Positions 28,365 through 38,574 of a stretch of DNA of 61,741 nt are shown piece after piece. Position numbers and translations under genes: made by a program. The number at the start of each line of letters is the position of its first letter. Position 1 is the first letter of the stretch. The stretch spans positions 1-61,741 of the forward strand of contig JAAYQE010000140.1 of the NCBI GenBank assembly GCA_012519455.1. The letters run 5' to 3'. This stretch comes from Syntrophomonadaceae bacterium (GTDB lineage Bacteria > Bacillota > Ch66 > Ch109). Under the pieces are notes generated by a model that searched no databases, was not told the origin of the DNA, and saw only the letters and a list, made by a program, of their open reading frames with translations.

Positions 28365-29564
28365 TTGGAGGGATATAAGGTGCATAAAATAGGGAGGATT
28401 TCGATTTATTTAGTAGTTTTATTAGTCGCTTTTTGTCTAGGGGGAGTGATGGTTGCCGGTGGTTTGCCTATAGATATACCTGGTCTCTCCATTATCAAGT
28501 CTAGTCCGGATGCACACAATCAAGATAAGACTACTTATCCTACGGCCCGGGCCATCGGTCTTACGGAGGGAGTAAATATCGGCCCTACCACCATTGCCGA
28601 TATGGTGGAAAAAATTGGTCCAGCGGTAGTCAATATAAATACGACTTTTAAGACTAGAGTGCAAGTGATTGATCCCTTTTTCAATGATCCTTTCTTTGAA
28701 CAATTTTTTGGCGATTCCTTGCGGCGGCAGAGTACGGAGGTACAGCATGGAATTGGGAGCGGTTTTGTAATCTCACCGGATGGTTATGTGGTAACCAATG
28801 AACACGTGATCCAGGGGGCGAGTGAAATTACTGTAACCGTTACGGGATTCCGTGAGCCGATTCCCGCCCGCGTAGTGGGAGCCGACCGAGAGCTGGATCT
28901 GGCGGTATTAAAGCTACAAATTGATCGAGAACTACCCGCAATTACCTTGGGCGATTCATCTACTTTACGGGCTGGAGATTGGGTAGTAGCGATCGGTAAT
29001 CCATATGGTCTTGATCATACGGTAACGGCGGGGGTTATCAGTGCCCTGGGGAGACCGATTCAGATAGAGGATCGAACCTACCGGAACTTAATCCAAACTG
29101 ACGCTGCGATTAATCCCGGCAACAGTGGAGGGCCGTTACTTAATCTAGCCGGTCAAGTAATAGGGATTAATACGGCGGTTAATGCCCAAGCTCAGGGTAT
29201 TGGCTTTGCAATTCCCATTAATACCGCTAAAGAAGTTCTAGAAGATTTGATCAATAAAGGTAAAGTAGTTCGTCCCTATTTAGGGGTATATATGCAAACC
29301 ATAACGCCAGAGATCGCTAATTACCTTGGTTTACCAGACCGGCAGGGCGCCTTAGTTGCGGAGATCATAGCCAATAGTCCTGCTAAAAAGGCTGGGTTAC
29401 TTTCTAAGGATGTAATTCGTAAGCTAGAAAATAAAAATATCAATGATCCGGAAGACCTACGGCAAAAACTAAGAGAGCATCAAGCTGGAGATAAAGTAAC
29501 CCTGGAAGTAATACGTAATCAGCAGACTGTACAAATAACGGTTACACTAGAAGAACAGCCTTAA
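28365..29564 (+). CDS. htrA: HtrA/DegP serine protease with PDZ domain
   Basis: TNEHV, DLAVLK, INPGNSGGPL; C-terminal PDZ; N-terminal TM. Confidence 0.95.
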   Translation: MEGYKVHKIGRISIYLVVLLVAFCLGGVMVAGGLPIDIPGLSIIKSSPDAHNQDKTTYPTARAIGLTEGVNIGPTTIADMVEKIGPAVVNINTTFKTRVQVIDPFFNDPFFEQFFGDSLRRQSTEVQHGIGSGFVISPDGYVVTNEHVIQGASEITVTVTGFREPIPARVVGADRELDLAVLKLQIDRELPAITLGDSSTLRAGDWVVAIGNPYGLDHTVTAGVISALGRPIQIEDRTYRNLIQTDAAINPGNSGGPLLNLAGQVIGINTAVNAQAQGIGFAIPINTAKEVLEDLINKGKVVRPYLGVYMQTITPEIANYLGLPDRQGALVAEIIANSPAKKAGLLSKDVIRKLENKNINDPEDLRQKLREHQAGDKVTLEVIRNQQTVQITVTLEEQP

Positions 29565-29648
29565 TATGGTTAACTAAATCTAGAATATCTGAATTAATTA
29601 AGGAGAAAGGGGGCAGGCTGGCTTCCCCACAAGCAGCCAGCCGTATAT

Positions 29649-30515
29649 ATGGAAAAATACAGGCCAGTGCCTACTTTAGGAGGAATTTTGGGGTTTGGAA
29701 TATTTATTATCCTTACTTCAGCTTTGGCGTGGGGATTATCTTATGCCTTAGCGGGGTCCAGTGCCTTAATTAAAGCAATGCTTTTTATTCCCTTTGGGAT
29801 ATTTGCTTTAATTGGTCTATACGTGGTACTGGCTTTCTTTAATATAAAGTATGTAATAACCGATACCGCTTTAGAGATTACCTGGGGTCTTTTTCGTAAA
29901 GTTATACCCTGGACTTCCATTAAAACAATCGAAAAGGTAGAGGGGATGCCCAAGGTCTGGGGAGTATTTGGTGCTTCCTGGCCGGGCTATTATGCGGGTG
30001 TATTTAATATTACTGGCATGGGAGTTATGTCTATTTTTGGCACCCAGTTAGAGGACCATTTAGTGGTCATACGCACCGAGAAAGGGGTTTTTGGTATTAC
30101 CCCGGTACTTGGCCAATGTTTTTTAGATATTATCCAACGTAAGGCACACTTAGTCGCACGAATTACGGATTTGGATGAAAACGAGGAGTCACTACTTCAG
30201 CCAATCCCCGGAGAAGATAATATTTATTTAGCTTTAGCCGGCTTGAATATTCTCTGTTTACTTGCTTTAGTTGCATATATGGTTGCATTTTTCCCGAGCG
30301 CAGTACTGGCTGCGGCTGCCCTAGGCACTATGCCACCACCGCGAGAATTAATTCTTTTGCCGGTTATTGCTCTAGCCGTGTTCTTAATAAGTTTGAGCTC
30401 TGCGCCTAAAATGTATCAAAACGCGCCGGCTGGTGGTTATATAATGTGGGGTCTTGGAATTATTATATCGCTGTCGTTTTTAACCCTATCCGTATACATT
30501 CTGGGGCTTGGTTGA
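29649..30515 (+). CDS. Membrane protein with bacterial PH-like domain
   Basis: Two TMs, then 'Y.IT...LEI.WG.F...IP...I' bPH-like segment, then three TMs. Confidence 0.65.
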   Translation: MEKYRPVPTLGGILGFGIFIILTSALAWGLSYALAGSSALIKAMLFIPFGIFALIGLYVVLAFFNIKYVITDTALEITWGLFRKVIPWTSIKTIEKVEGMPKVWGVFGASWPGYYAGVFNITGMGVMSIFGTQLEDHLVVIRTEKGVFGITPVLGQCFLDIIQRKAHLVARITDLDENEESLLQPIPGEDNIYLALAGLNILCLLALVAYMVAFFPSAVLAAAALGTMPPPRELILLPVIALAVFLISLSSAPKMYQNAPAGGYIMWGLGIIISLSFLTLSVYILGLG

Positions 30516-30569
30516 AGATTTATTTAAGGCAAGTTTTAAGAAAGGATTTACACTTTTTTAACTTCGTTA

Positions 30570-30692
30570 GCCTGATCTGTAGACTTAAATTCGTGAGTAA
30601 ACAGTTTTAAGCCTGATCTGTAGACTTAAATTCGTGAGTAAACAGTTTTAAGCCTGATCTGTAGACTTAAATGCGTAGGTAAATAGTTTTAG
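30570..30692. repeat. Three tandem 41-bp repeats (third degenerate)
   Basis: GCCTGATCTGTAGACTTAAATTCGTGAGTAAACAGTTTTAA at 30570 and 30611; variant copy at 30652. Confidence 0.92.
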
Positions 30693-30735
30693 TAGCGTGT
30701 CATTCTGAGCGAAGCGAAGAATCTTTCCCACGCTA
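30693..30735. repeat. REP-like palindromic element
   Basis: GTCATTCTGAGCGAAGCGAAGAATCT core enclosed by the TAGCGTG / CACGCTA inverted repeat. Confidence 0.6.
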
Positions 30736-30744
30736 AAAGTAAGT

Positions 30745-30778
30745 GCCGGGGTTGAAAATAACCCCGGCTTTATTGTTT
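30745..30778 (+). terminator. Intrinsic terminator
   Basis: GCCGGGGTT / AACCCCGGC stem plus T-rich tail. Confidence 0.75.
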
Positions 30779-30868
30779 CTAAATATTTCTAATAACTTTC
30801 TAACCATGAACCAAAACCGGTTAAGCCTAATATGATAGATTAAAGAATGGGCAAACGGAGGTAATTAT

Positions 30869-31405
30869 ATGCCTGTACAATTTGGTGATGTAGTTTTAGT
30901 TCATGGAGAAGAGTTTCTTTCTAACTTAATTCGGGTAGTAACCCGAAGTTATTGGTCCCATGCCATGCTAGCCTTGGAAGGCGGTTGGTTTGCGCAAATG
31001 GGTCAATCTGGTTTTACCATCAGTCGGGTTCCTTTGAATCGTCCAATTGCGGTTTTAAGGCATCCATCCTTGCTGAATCCCTATACCCGGGAAGCCCAGC
31101 AAATTATGAATCGGATACGAGCTACGATTGATTATTTAAGGAAGAACCCGCCGCAGTTTGATTATTATAACTTTTTTAGATTAGGCGTTAAATTAGTCCA
31201 AGAGCAGATGGCAGTTTCGGTTGCCGGAAAGAAAATGGGGCCCTTTGTCTGCTCCGCTCTAGTTGACTATGTCTATGAGCAAGCAGGAATAGATCTACAA
31301 CCTGATCAAGACCCCCGTGACACCACACCGGCTAATTTAGCGGAATTAGGTTTTGGAGATAATCCGGTTTTTAAAGTCGTTTATGCGAGCAAAAAGTCCC
31401 GATAA
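30869..31405 (+). CDS. Permuted papain-like NlpC/P60 (YiiX/YebB-like) protein
   Basis: N-terminal GDVVL..WSHA (His) and C-terminal FVCSALV (Cys), followed by TPANL. Confidence 0.8.
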   Translation: MPVQFGDVVLVHGEEFLSNLIRVVTRSYWSHAMLALEGGWFAQMGQSGFTISRVPLNRPIAVLRHPSLLNPYTREAQQIMNRIRATIDYLRKNPPQFDYYNFFRLGVKLVQEQMAVSVAGKKMGPFVCSALVDYVYEQAGIDLQPDQDPRDTTPANLAELGFGDNPVFKVVYASKKSR

Positions 31406-31423
31406 GGCTTATAATATAAGTTT

Positions 31424-32665
31424 TTACCGCTTATAGAGCCCCTGATGTAAAAGTTGAATTGGGTGCAGGACGGGATAATTCAAACCGCTTTCACGCAGTC
31501 CGTAGCTTAATTGCGTTATACAACTAGGACAACAGGTCGCTACGGCCTGGGCTTCGGTTTGTCGTATATTATTAATTTTTGCCTCTAATATTTTCATGGA
31601 TACCTCGTAGTGCGTTAAACCAAAAGTTCCAGAACCTCCACAGCAAGTATCTGCTCCCGCCATTTCTTTCAATTCTACCCCCGGGATACTCTTTAGGAGT
31701 TGACGGGGTTGATCTTTAATTTTCTGCGCTTTTACTAAATGGCAAGGGTCATGATAAGTAACCGTCAAAGGATGAGGCAGGGCTCGTATTTCCGAAGGTA
31801 TTCCCAAAACCTCCACGATAAAAACCGAAAGATCAAATACTTTAACCTTTAACCAATCCTTATAAAGATGACCTTTAAGGGTAGAAGTGCAAGAGGCGCA
31901 ATCACTAATTACCGCATCTACGCCTAACTTATGCAATATATTAACGTTATGCTGCACCAGTTCTTCAGCGATCTTTTTCTGTCCATTAGCCAGGTGAGGG
32001 ACCCCACAACATTTTAGATTTGGCGAAACCACTACTTCACACCCCAGATGATTGAGGACTTCTACGGTAGCTAGTGCCACCTTCGGTTGTAAGAGGTCCG
32101 TGCCACATCCAAGGAAGTAGGCTACCCGAGTTTTACGGGTACCTTTGGCTGGGGAAACGGTTTTTATTCGAGTGCGGGCTGAGGCACGGGGAATTTTACC
32201 CAGAATTTTTTCCGCTTGGGGTAAATCTCCGGGAAGGATACTGGTCATACCCAGGGCCCGGGCTATATTACGAAAGCCCAGGCTATCCGCGAGGCCAGCG
32301 GCGGCTACCGCTTTACGTAGCAATCTTGGATTCGTCCATAGTTTGCCAAAGATAAGGTCTTTACCGGCCGAGGGACGTTGCTCTCCAATATAGGCCCTGG
32401 CCGCAGCTACTAGTTCCGGAACCGGAATACCCGAGGGACAGGTGCTGGAACAGGATTCACACATCAGGCAGTCACTAGCTTTAGCCGCTACTTTTTCAGA
32501 AACTTCAAGTTCTCCGTCCCGTAACATTTGGACTAAAAATACCTGGCCACTAGGAGAGTAATTTTCGGTTTGGTAAACCTGGAATATAGGACAGACACTA
32601 CGACATTTACCACAACGAACGCATTTTTTAATTTGCTCTCGTACTACCGGTGTATCCTTAAACAC
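31424..32665 (-). CDS. GlcF-like Fe-S subunit (2x[4Fe-4S] + CCG domains)
   Basis: CVRCGKCRSVCP, CLMCESCSSTCP, CCG and YHDPCHL motifs. Confidence 0.9.
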   Translation of the reverse strand: MFKDTPVVREQIKKCVRCGKCRSVCPIFQVYQTENYSPSGQVFLVQMLRDGELEVSEKVAAKASDCLMCESCSSTCPSGIPVPELVAAARAYIGEQRPSAGKDLIFGKLWTNPRLLRKAVAAAGLADSLGFRNIARALGMTSILPGDLPQAEKILGKIPRASARTRIKTVSPAKGTRKTRVAYFLGCGTDLLQPKVALATVEVLNHLGCEVVVSPNLKCCGVPHLANGQKKIAEELVQHNVNILHKLGVDAVISDCASCTSTLKGHLYKDWLKVKVFDLSVFIVEVLGIPSEIRALPHPLTVTYHDPCHLVKAQKIKDQPRQLLKSIPGVELKEMAGADTCCGGSGTFGLTHYEVSMKILEAKINNIRQTEAQAVATCCPSCITQLSYGLRESGLNYPVLHPIQLLHQGLYKR

Positions 32666-32668
32666 TAA

Positions 32669-34108
32669 TTATTCCTCCTCTGGGCCAAAGACTTTGCCTG
32701 GATTCATGATTCCTTTCGGATCAAGGGTTTGTTTGATACTTCGCATAATCTTAACCGCAGCTCCGTGTTCTAATTCGGCATACATGGCCCTTACGGCCCC
32801 TACCCCATGCTCCCCGGTGGTGGTTCCACCTAATCTCACCGCTAAACGATGGATATCATCAACCAGACGCTGGGCTGCTTCTACTTCCTGTGGTTGTTCC
32901 GGATCAATCACTGGGGCTGTGTGTACGTTTCCATCACCAATATGCCCATAGTTTACAACCTTAATGTGGTGTTTTTTCCCTAAAGCGCGAATTTCTCGTA
33001 GGGTTTCGGCCACCTTGGAAAGCGGGACACTAATATCTTCGCCAGCAAAAACCCGACTCCCGTCTGGACGTACTCGAGCCGCGGCGGTAGCGACCACGCT
33101 ACGACCTTCCCAAAGGTCCGCCATCCGTTTCGGGTCTGTAGCCCACTCGACCTGGGTTGCCCGTTGAGAAGCAATCTCTTTTATTTTTAATCCTTCCCAT
33201 TCGACGCTAGCCGGATTGCCATCAACTTCAAAAAGCAGGATAGCTTCAGCATTAGGTAAGTTAATTTCTGCTCGGTACATATTAACGGCTTGAATCGCCG
33301 ATTGGTCCAGAATCTCAATTCCCGACGGAAGTATTCCTGCCTTATACACCTCCAATACCGAGGCCGGCGCATCATCCAGAGAAGGATAAACCGCCATTAC
33401 AATACCTCGTCCTTTAGGTTTAGGCCATACTCGTAATCTTATTTGCGTAATGACCCCTAGAATACCCTCAGATCCGACAAATAGTTTAGTTAGATTTAGG
33501 CCGGAAACACTTTTTACCGCTCGAGATTGCATACCGCCGGTGATAATTATTTCTCCGTTCGGTAATACCACTTCCAGTCCAAGAATATATTGTTCTGTAC
33601 AGCCGTATTTAACTGCGCGTAGGCCGCTAGCGTTATTGGCAACCATTCCTCCAATAGTACACATCAGAGAACTGCCTGGATCTGGAGGAAAAAACATACC
33701 ATTTTCAGCCAGGCGTTGGTTAAGTTTAGCATGAATCACGCCGGGACGTACAAAAACTTGCATGTTAGCCACATCAACTTCTTCGATAGTATCCCAGGGA
33801 GATAAGTCCATCACGATTCCCCCTTGAATAGCTACCGAGCCACAGGTTTCACCCGTACCAGCACCTCGGGGGGTAACTGGAATATTATGGGTATATGCTA
33901 GTTTCATTACCTCCGAAACTTCTTCCGTAGAGCGAGGCGTTACTACGACGTCTGGCATAAATCGATTTAAACGAGCATGAAAAGAGCTATCGTAAGAATA
34001 ATACATAAGATCTACTTTATCCGAAATAACTTTTTCTTGACCTAGTTTTTTCTCTAATTCTTGGATAAGGAGGGTACGATCCATAATTATACTCTGCACC
34101 TCTTTCAA
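32669..34108 (-). CDS. GlcD/D-lactate dehydrogenase-like FAD-linked oxidase
   Basis: PRGAGTG, IGGMVANNASG, GSEGILG, GHIGDGNVH, GEHGVG and MNPGK motifs. Confidence 0.92.
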   Translation of the reverse strand: MKEVQSIIMDRTLLIQELEKKLGQEKVISDKVDLMYYSYDSSFHARLNRFMPDVVVTPRSTEEVSEVMKLAYTHNIPVTPRGAGTGETCGSVAIQGGIVMDLSPWDTIEEVDVANMQVFVRPGVIHAKLNQRLAENGMFFPPDPGSSLMCTIGGMVANNASGLRAVKYGCTEQYILGLEVVLPNGEIIITGGMQSRAVKSVSGLNLTKLFVGSEGILGVITQIRLRVWPKPKGRGIVMAVYPSLDDAPASVLEVYKAGILPSGIEILDQSAIQAVNMYRAEINLPNAEAILLFEVDGNPASVEWEGLKIKEIASQRATQVEWATDPKRMADLWEGRSVVATAAARVRPDGSRVFAGEDISVPLSKVAETLREIRALGKKHHIKVVNYGHIGDGNVHTAPVIDPEQPQEVEAAQRLVDDIHRLAVRLGGTTTGEHGVGAVRAMYAELEHGAAVKIMRSIKQTLDPKGIMNPGKVFGPEEE

Positions 34109-34287
34109 TTTATTTAATTGATTCTAATATATATATTTAAATTATTTAATTACAAATTTAGGTATCCTTTTGGGAAGCTTGCTGATCCGTATTCGTAGTG
34201 GTAAAATATTGTTCTGGTGCTGATTGAACATATGCGGGTAGATGCGTATCTGATCACGATTATATCACACCCCGGGAGGCAAAGTAT

Positions 34288-35229
34288 ATGGAAATTAAGT
34301 TAGTAACCTCTCCAGAATTGAGGGCTGGGTTAAGAGATTTGCCGCAGGTAATTGCAGAAGCGAGAATTGCCTGGAATGAACCTATGAGCAGCTATACCTC
34401 TTTTCAGATTGGCGGACCAGTTGATGCTTTAGTTAGACCGGTTGACGAAAATGAATTACGTCGGGTACTAATGTACTGCCGAGAACGAGAATTGCCGGTT
34501 TTTATAATGGGTAAAGGGACGAATATTTTAGTAAGGGATAAAGGCATTCGTGGCGTAGTAATTAAGGTAGATCATCCCATGGATAGGCTGGAATTTTTGG
34601 AAGGGGGGCAGGTTAAGGCCGGAGCTGGCCTGACTTTAAAAGAGCTTTCACAAGCTGTTGCTGCCCGGGGATTGAAGGGGTTAGAATTTGCCATAGGGAT
34701 ACCTGGCTCACTGGGGGGAGCCGTGGTCATGAATGCGGGGGCCTATAATGGAGAAATGAAAGAGGTAATTACCCAGGTGCGGGTATTAGATTATCAAGGG
34801 CAAATTAGGAATATGTCGGCCGCGGAACTCGGCTTCGGATACCGTTACTCTATTCTACAAGCAATGGAGTTAGTGTTACTTGAAGCTACTTTACAGTTAA
34901 GCCCGGGGGACCCGAAAGAAATTTATGCGCGGATGGAGGACTATACCGTACGTAGGGAAGCCAGGCAACCCCTTAATCTGCCTAGTGCTGGCAGTGTATT
35001 TCGTCGGCCGGCCGGGCATTACGTGGGACCTATGATTGAAGAACTCGGTTTAAAGGGCTTTCGGGTGAATGATGCGCAAGTTTCAGAGATGCATGCCGGA
35101 TTTATCGTTAATCGTGGTCAGGCCACTGCAGCAGATATTTTAGCATTAATCCGTCTCATTCAAGAAAGGGTTCGGGAAAGATTCGGGGTGGAATTAATAC
35201 CGGAGATTAAAATTATTGGTGAGGCATAG
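34288..35229 (+). CDS. murB: UDP-N-acetylenolpyruvoylglucosamine reductase
   Basis: GIPGSLGGAVVMNAGAY, QP..LPSAGSVF, HAGFIVN. Confidence 0.96.
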   Translation: MEIKLVTSPELRAGLRDLPQVIAEARIAWNEPMSSYTSFQIGGPVDALVRPVDENELRRVLMYCRERELPVFIMGKGTNILVRDKGIRGVVIKVDHPMDRLEFLEGGQVKAGAGLTLKELSQAVAARGLKGLEFAIGIPGSLGGAVVMNAGAYNGEMKEVITQVRVLDYQGQIRNMSAAELGFGYRYSILQAMELVLLEATLQLSPGDPKEIYARMEDYTVRREARQPLNLPSAGSVFRRPAGHYVGPMIEELGLKGFRVNDAQVSEMHAGFIVNRGQATAADILALIRLIQERVRERFGVELIPEIKIIGEA

Positions 35230-35285
35230 GGGAAAAAATTAATCTATATTTGCTTGAGGGCCAGACCACACTGCTTGTTTGCTAA

Positions 35286-35456
35286 TTATTCGTCTAATAT
35301 CCATCCCGGAAAAAATAGAAGGAACCAGAAAACAAGCAGAATTATAACGATTAAATTAATCATTTTATCTTCTCCCGGTTTTGCTTTTTCCCGCTCTCGC
35401 TTTTTTAGATAGGCTAAACGCTGTAACCGTAGTTGATCGTAACAACAACCTAGCAC
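35286..35456 (-). CDS. Small single-TM protein (56 aa), not in ORF track
   Basis: RBS AAAAAGGGGGGG, then GTG: MLGCCYDQLRLQRLAYLKKREREKAKPGEDKMINLIVIILLVFWFLLFFPGWILDE; upstream CATATAAT. Confidence 0.5.
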   Translation of the reverse strand: MLGCCYDQLRLQRLAYLKKREREKAKPGEDKMINLIVIILLVFWFLLFFPGWILDE

Positions 35457-35679
35457 CGGAATCCCCCCCTTTTTGATTGACCAATAAATCTATCAATGCA
35501 TTATATGGTTATAGAGGGTATGGGGTTCCATTTAGCTGGGTTCTAATCATCTTTCGCTTCCATTAAGATTACAGTAAAAAGTAGCCACCACATTAGACAG
35601 TATTTTGGCCGAAAATAACAAGTAATTTTTTTTCACTGCAACACAATTGTAACATTTGCGCAAAAATAGATATTGCCCG

Positions 35680-35711
35680 AAAAAGCAAAAACCGCGCTAA
35701 CCTGCGCGGTT
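35680..35711 (-). terminator. Terminator after tRNA-Ala
   Basis: AACCGCGC / GCGCGGTT stem followed by a T-rich tail on the minus strand. Confidence 0.7.
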
Positions 35712-35725
35712 ACTTACTTTGTCTA

Positions 35726-35801
35726 TGGTGGAGATAGGGGGATTCGAACCCCCGGCCTTCTGAATGCGAACCAGACGCTCTCCCAACTGAGCTATACCCC
35801 C
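35726..35801 (-). tRNA. tRNA-Ala (CGC)
   Basis: 76 nt, GGGGGTATAGCTCAG...TCTGG-TTCGCAT-TCAGA...GTTCGAAT...CCACCA; G3:U70 Ala identity pair. Confidence 0.96.
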
Positions 35802-36060
35802 ATATACGTTGTAAATTATAGCATTTTGTTTTAAGATGTCAATAGTAGAACGGGATAGAATTTTATAGCCGGCTGTTTTTGGTCTTTAGCATCGATAGGG
35901 GAGAAAAGTGTTTGAAAACAGATGTAAACTAGGGATAAACCATAACCAGATCCATTGTCAGTGGGTAGATAATATACTATGATTAAGAAAAGATTAAATT
36001 GCATGATTTGTTTAATTTATTCAGACTTTTAGATAACTTTGGGTTATAGAGGGGGATGGA

Positions 36061-38205
36061 ATGAAAAAGAAGCTTGGTGAAATATTGTCGTCTCGGAATA
36101 TTGTTTTACATTCCAACCAAACCATAAATGAGGGGCGAGAAATACTAATTGCCAATCAACTAATCGCCGCTCCGGTTGTAGATGACCAGAAAGAAATCGT
36201 AGGGGTTGTAACCGAGGGAGAGCTTATTCAAGCCAAAAATGTCGATCCGGATGAGCCGATCACGTTATTGATGAATAAGGATTGGAGTGCGGTTTCTATT
36301 AACGTTAATCTGGAAGTAGCCTTAAAAGCTGGGGGCTTTTGGATTGTAGCGGTTGATGAGCATAAAACACCTATTGGTGTTCTCTCTAAGTATGAATTAG
36401 TAGACGCGGTGATCGAGGTTTTTGATACCACTTTAAAACGTCTGCATACGGTTATGGACTCCGCTCATAATGGGATTATCGCCTTAGATAAGGATGGGCT
36501 TATTACCCATTATAATTCAGCCGCGGAGGTTATGTTTGGCTTTCCCCAGGATAAAGCGATTGGAAGGCATATTAAAGAGGTTGACCCGGAAAGTACCTTA
36601 ATGGACGTGGTGCAGACCGGGCAGGCCCAAATGGTACAAAAAAGAAAGCTGCCCCAAGCGATAATTCTTACTAACCGGCGTCCGATCTTGCGCAATGGTG
36701 AAATCATTGGGGTAGTGGCAGTATTCCAGGACTTATCCGAAGTAGAAGCTGCGCATAATGAATTACGCTCAGTTCAAGCCTTAAATCATGAGTTGGAAAG
36801 TATCCTAAAGTTTTCTCACGATGGACTGGCCATCTGTGATGGACAAGGAAGGTTTTTAAGAGTAAGTCCTAGTTTTAGTAAATTATTGGGTATACCTGAT
36901 GAAGAATTGACTGGTCGGGCTGTTTCCTCTTTATCCGAAGAAGGTCAATTAATCCTTTCCGTTATTCAGGCGGTGATAAATCGTCGGGCTCCGGTTTCCA
37001 TGACCCAAAATACTTCTAGTGGACAGCAAATTTTAGCTACCAGTGTTCCGGTTTTTGATGAACTGGGTCAATTAGTACGCGTAGTAACCAATTTACGCGA
37101 TATGACCGAACTGAATGATTTGCGTGAACAGGTACAACAAACTAGTGAATTAAGCCGGCGTTACCTACACGAATTAGAAGAATGGCGGGCCCGTTTTGTC
37201 GCTACTTCAGAAGTAATTGCTTCTAGTGAGACTATGCAACGCGCAGTGGAGTTAGCTTTACATGTGGCCAAAGTCGACTCTACGGTATTAATCACCGGAG
37301 AATCCGGGGTAGGCAAACAGGTTATTGCCAAAATGATTCACCGGGTAAGTCCCCGACGGGATGGACCATTTATTGAAATAAACTGTGGGGCTATTCCCGA
37401 GACTTTATTGGAGTCAGAATTATTTGGATACGAGCGAGGAGCTTTTACCGGAGCGGCCCGGGAAGGCAGAACGGGAATTTTTGAATTAGCCAATAACGGC
37501 ACCTTGTTACTAGATGAAATCGGGGAAATTCCCCTTAATTTACAAGTAAAACTGCTCCGAGCTATTCAAGAACAGGAAATATACCGGGTAGGAGGAAGTC
37601 AAGCGATTAAGCTAAATGTTCGTATCATCGCCGCTACCAATAAAAACCTTTGGCAGATGGTACAGAATCGCCAATTTCGTGAAGATCTATACTATCGCCT
37701 CAATGTAGTTCCCATGGAAATCCCACCCCTGCGTAAACGTAGAGATGATATCATTCCGCTTACGAATCATTTTTTAAAATTATGCAATGATAAGTACGGC
37801 TTTAACCGGCATTTAGAGCCGGAAGTATATCAGGTTTTTGAAAGATACAATTGGCCAGGCAATGCACGGGAATTACAGAATTTAGTGGAAAGGTTGGTAG
37901 TTACTTGTAACGCCGATATTATCACCGAAAAACATTTGCCTGCTTCCATGTCGAAAAAGAACTTGGGAAGTCCACAGCCGGTAAAAGTTTTCGGGTTAAC
38001 CACGCTTAAAGAAGCGGGAGAAATTGTCGAAAAGGAACTGGTGACCCGAGCGTTGCGGGCCGGGAAAAGTACTCGCCGCGCCGCTGAATTATTAGGCGTA
38101 ACGCATTCCACGGTTATTCGTAAATTGAAGCAGTATAACATCACTCCTGGAACTCAATCATACCAGAATGGAACAGAAGTATACCAAGCCGTTAAAGACG
38201 ACTAA
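36061..38205 (+). CDS. Sigma54-dependent transcriptional activator (CBS pair-PAS-PAS-AAA+-HTH)
   Basis: GESGVGK, ESELFGY, GAFTGA, LLLDEIGE, REDLYYRLNV, WPGNARELQN; TyrR-like C-terminal HTH; CBS-like and PAS-like N-terminal segments. Confidence 0.93.
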   Translation: MKKKLGEILSSRNIVLHSNQTINEGREILIANQLIAAPVVDDQKEIVGVVTEGELIQAKNVDPDEPITLLMNKDWSAVSINVNLEVALKAGGFWIVAVDEHKTPIGVLSKYELVDAVIEVFDTTLKRLHTVMDSAHNGIIALDKDGLITHYNSAAEVMFGFPQDKAIGRHIKEVDPESTLMDVVQTGQAQMVQKRKLPQAIILTNRRPILRNGEIIGVVAVFQDLSEVEAAHNELRSVQALNHELESILKFSHDGLAICDGQGRFLRVSPSFSKLLGIPDEELTGRAVSSLSEEGQLILSVIQAVINRRAPVSMTQNTSSGQQILATSVPVFDELGQLVRVVTNLRDMTELNDLREQVQQTSELSRRYLHELEEWRARFVATSEVIASSETMQRAVELALHVAKVDSTVLITGESGVGKQVIAKMIHRVSPRRDGPFIEINCGAIPETLLESELFGYERGAFTGAAREGRTGIFELANNGTLLLDEIGEIPLNLQVKLLRAIQEQEIYRVGGSQAIKLNVRIIAATNKNLWQMVQNRQFREDLYYRLNVVPMEIPPLRKRRDDIIPLTNHFLKLCNDKYGFNRHLEPEVYQVFERYNWPGNARELQNLVERLVVTCNADIITEKHLPASMSKKNLGSPQPVKVFGLTTLKEAGEIVEKELVTRALRAGKSTRRAAELLGVTHSTVIRKLKQYNITPGTQSYQNGTEVYQAVKDD
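38148..38186. promoter_or_regulatory. Putative enhancer (UAS) pair for promoter 1
   Basis: TGGAAC-N6-ATACCA at 38148 and 38169 (21 bp apart), inside the activator's 3' end. Confidence 0.6.
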
Positions 38206-38300
38206 TTCATCTAAACCCTTGGTATTATTGAACAATTTTAATCAGAATGCATATTTATTGGAATATTTATGTTCCAGGTGAGAACGTGAATATTTGAACA

Positions 38301-38340
38301 AAAATCTCTTTCCCTGTTTTTAGGGAGAGATTTTTTTATT
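38301..38340 (+). terminator. Terminator of the activator gene
   Basis: AAAATCTCTTTCCCT / AGGGAGAGATTTT stem plus T-run. Confidence 0.75.
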
Positions 38341-38482
38341 TTTAGCCTGGTCTTAAGGGCCTAGAATTAACTTATTAATGCGGCTAAAGCTTAATTTTAA
38401 AGGGTTTAGCGCTTTTTATGGGTCGTTATTTTATTTTATCATCATCCTTGCTTAGCTTAAAAGAAGATTTTTTACTGAATTT

Positions 38483-38498
38483 TGGCAAGGATCTTGCA
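38483..38498 (+). promoter_or_regulatory. Sigma54 -24/-12 promoter 1
   Basis: TGGCAAGGATCTTGCA: GG-N10-GC, near consensus TGGCAC-N5-TTGC. Confidence 0.8.
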
Positions 38499-38574
38499 TA
38501 TAAGATAGGTAAAGTTATGATCTATAATATTATGGAACTTATATGATGTTTAATAATAAAGGGGGTAGGGGACC

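Noticed and set aside
30570-30692. CRISPR array
   Set aside because: The first two units are identical over the full 41 bp, so there are no unique spacers; no cas genes are nearby.
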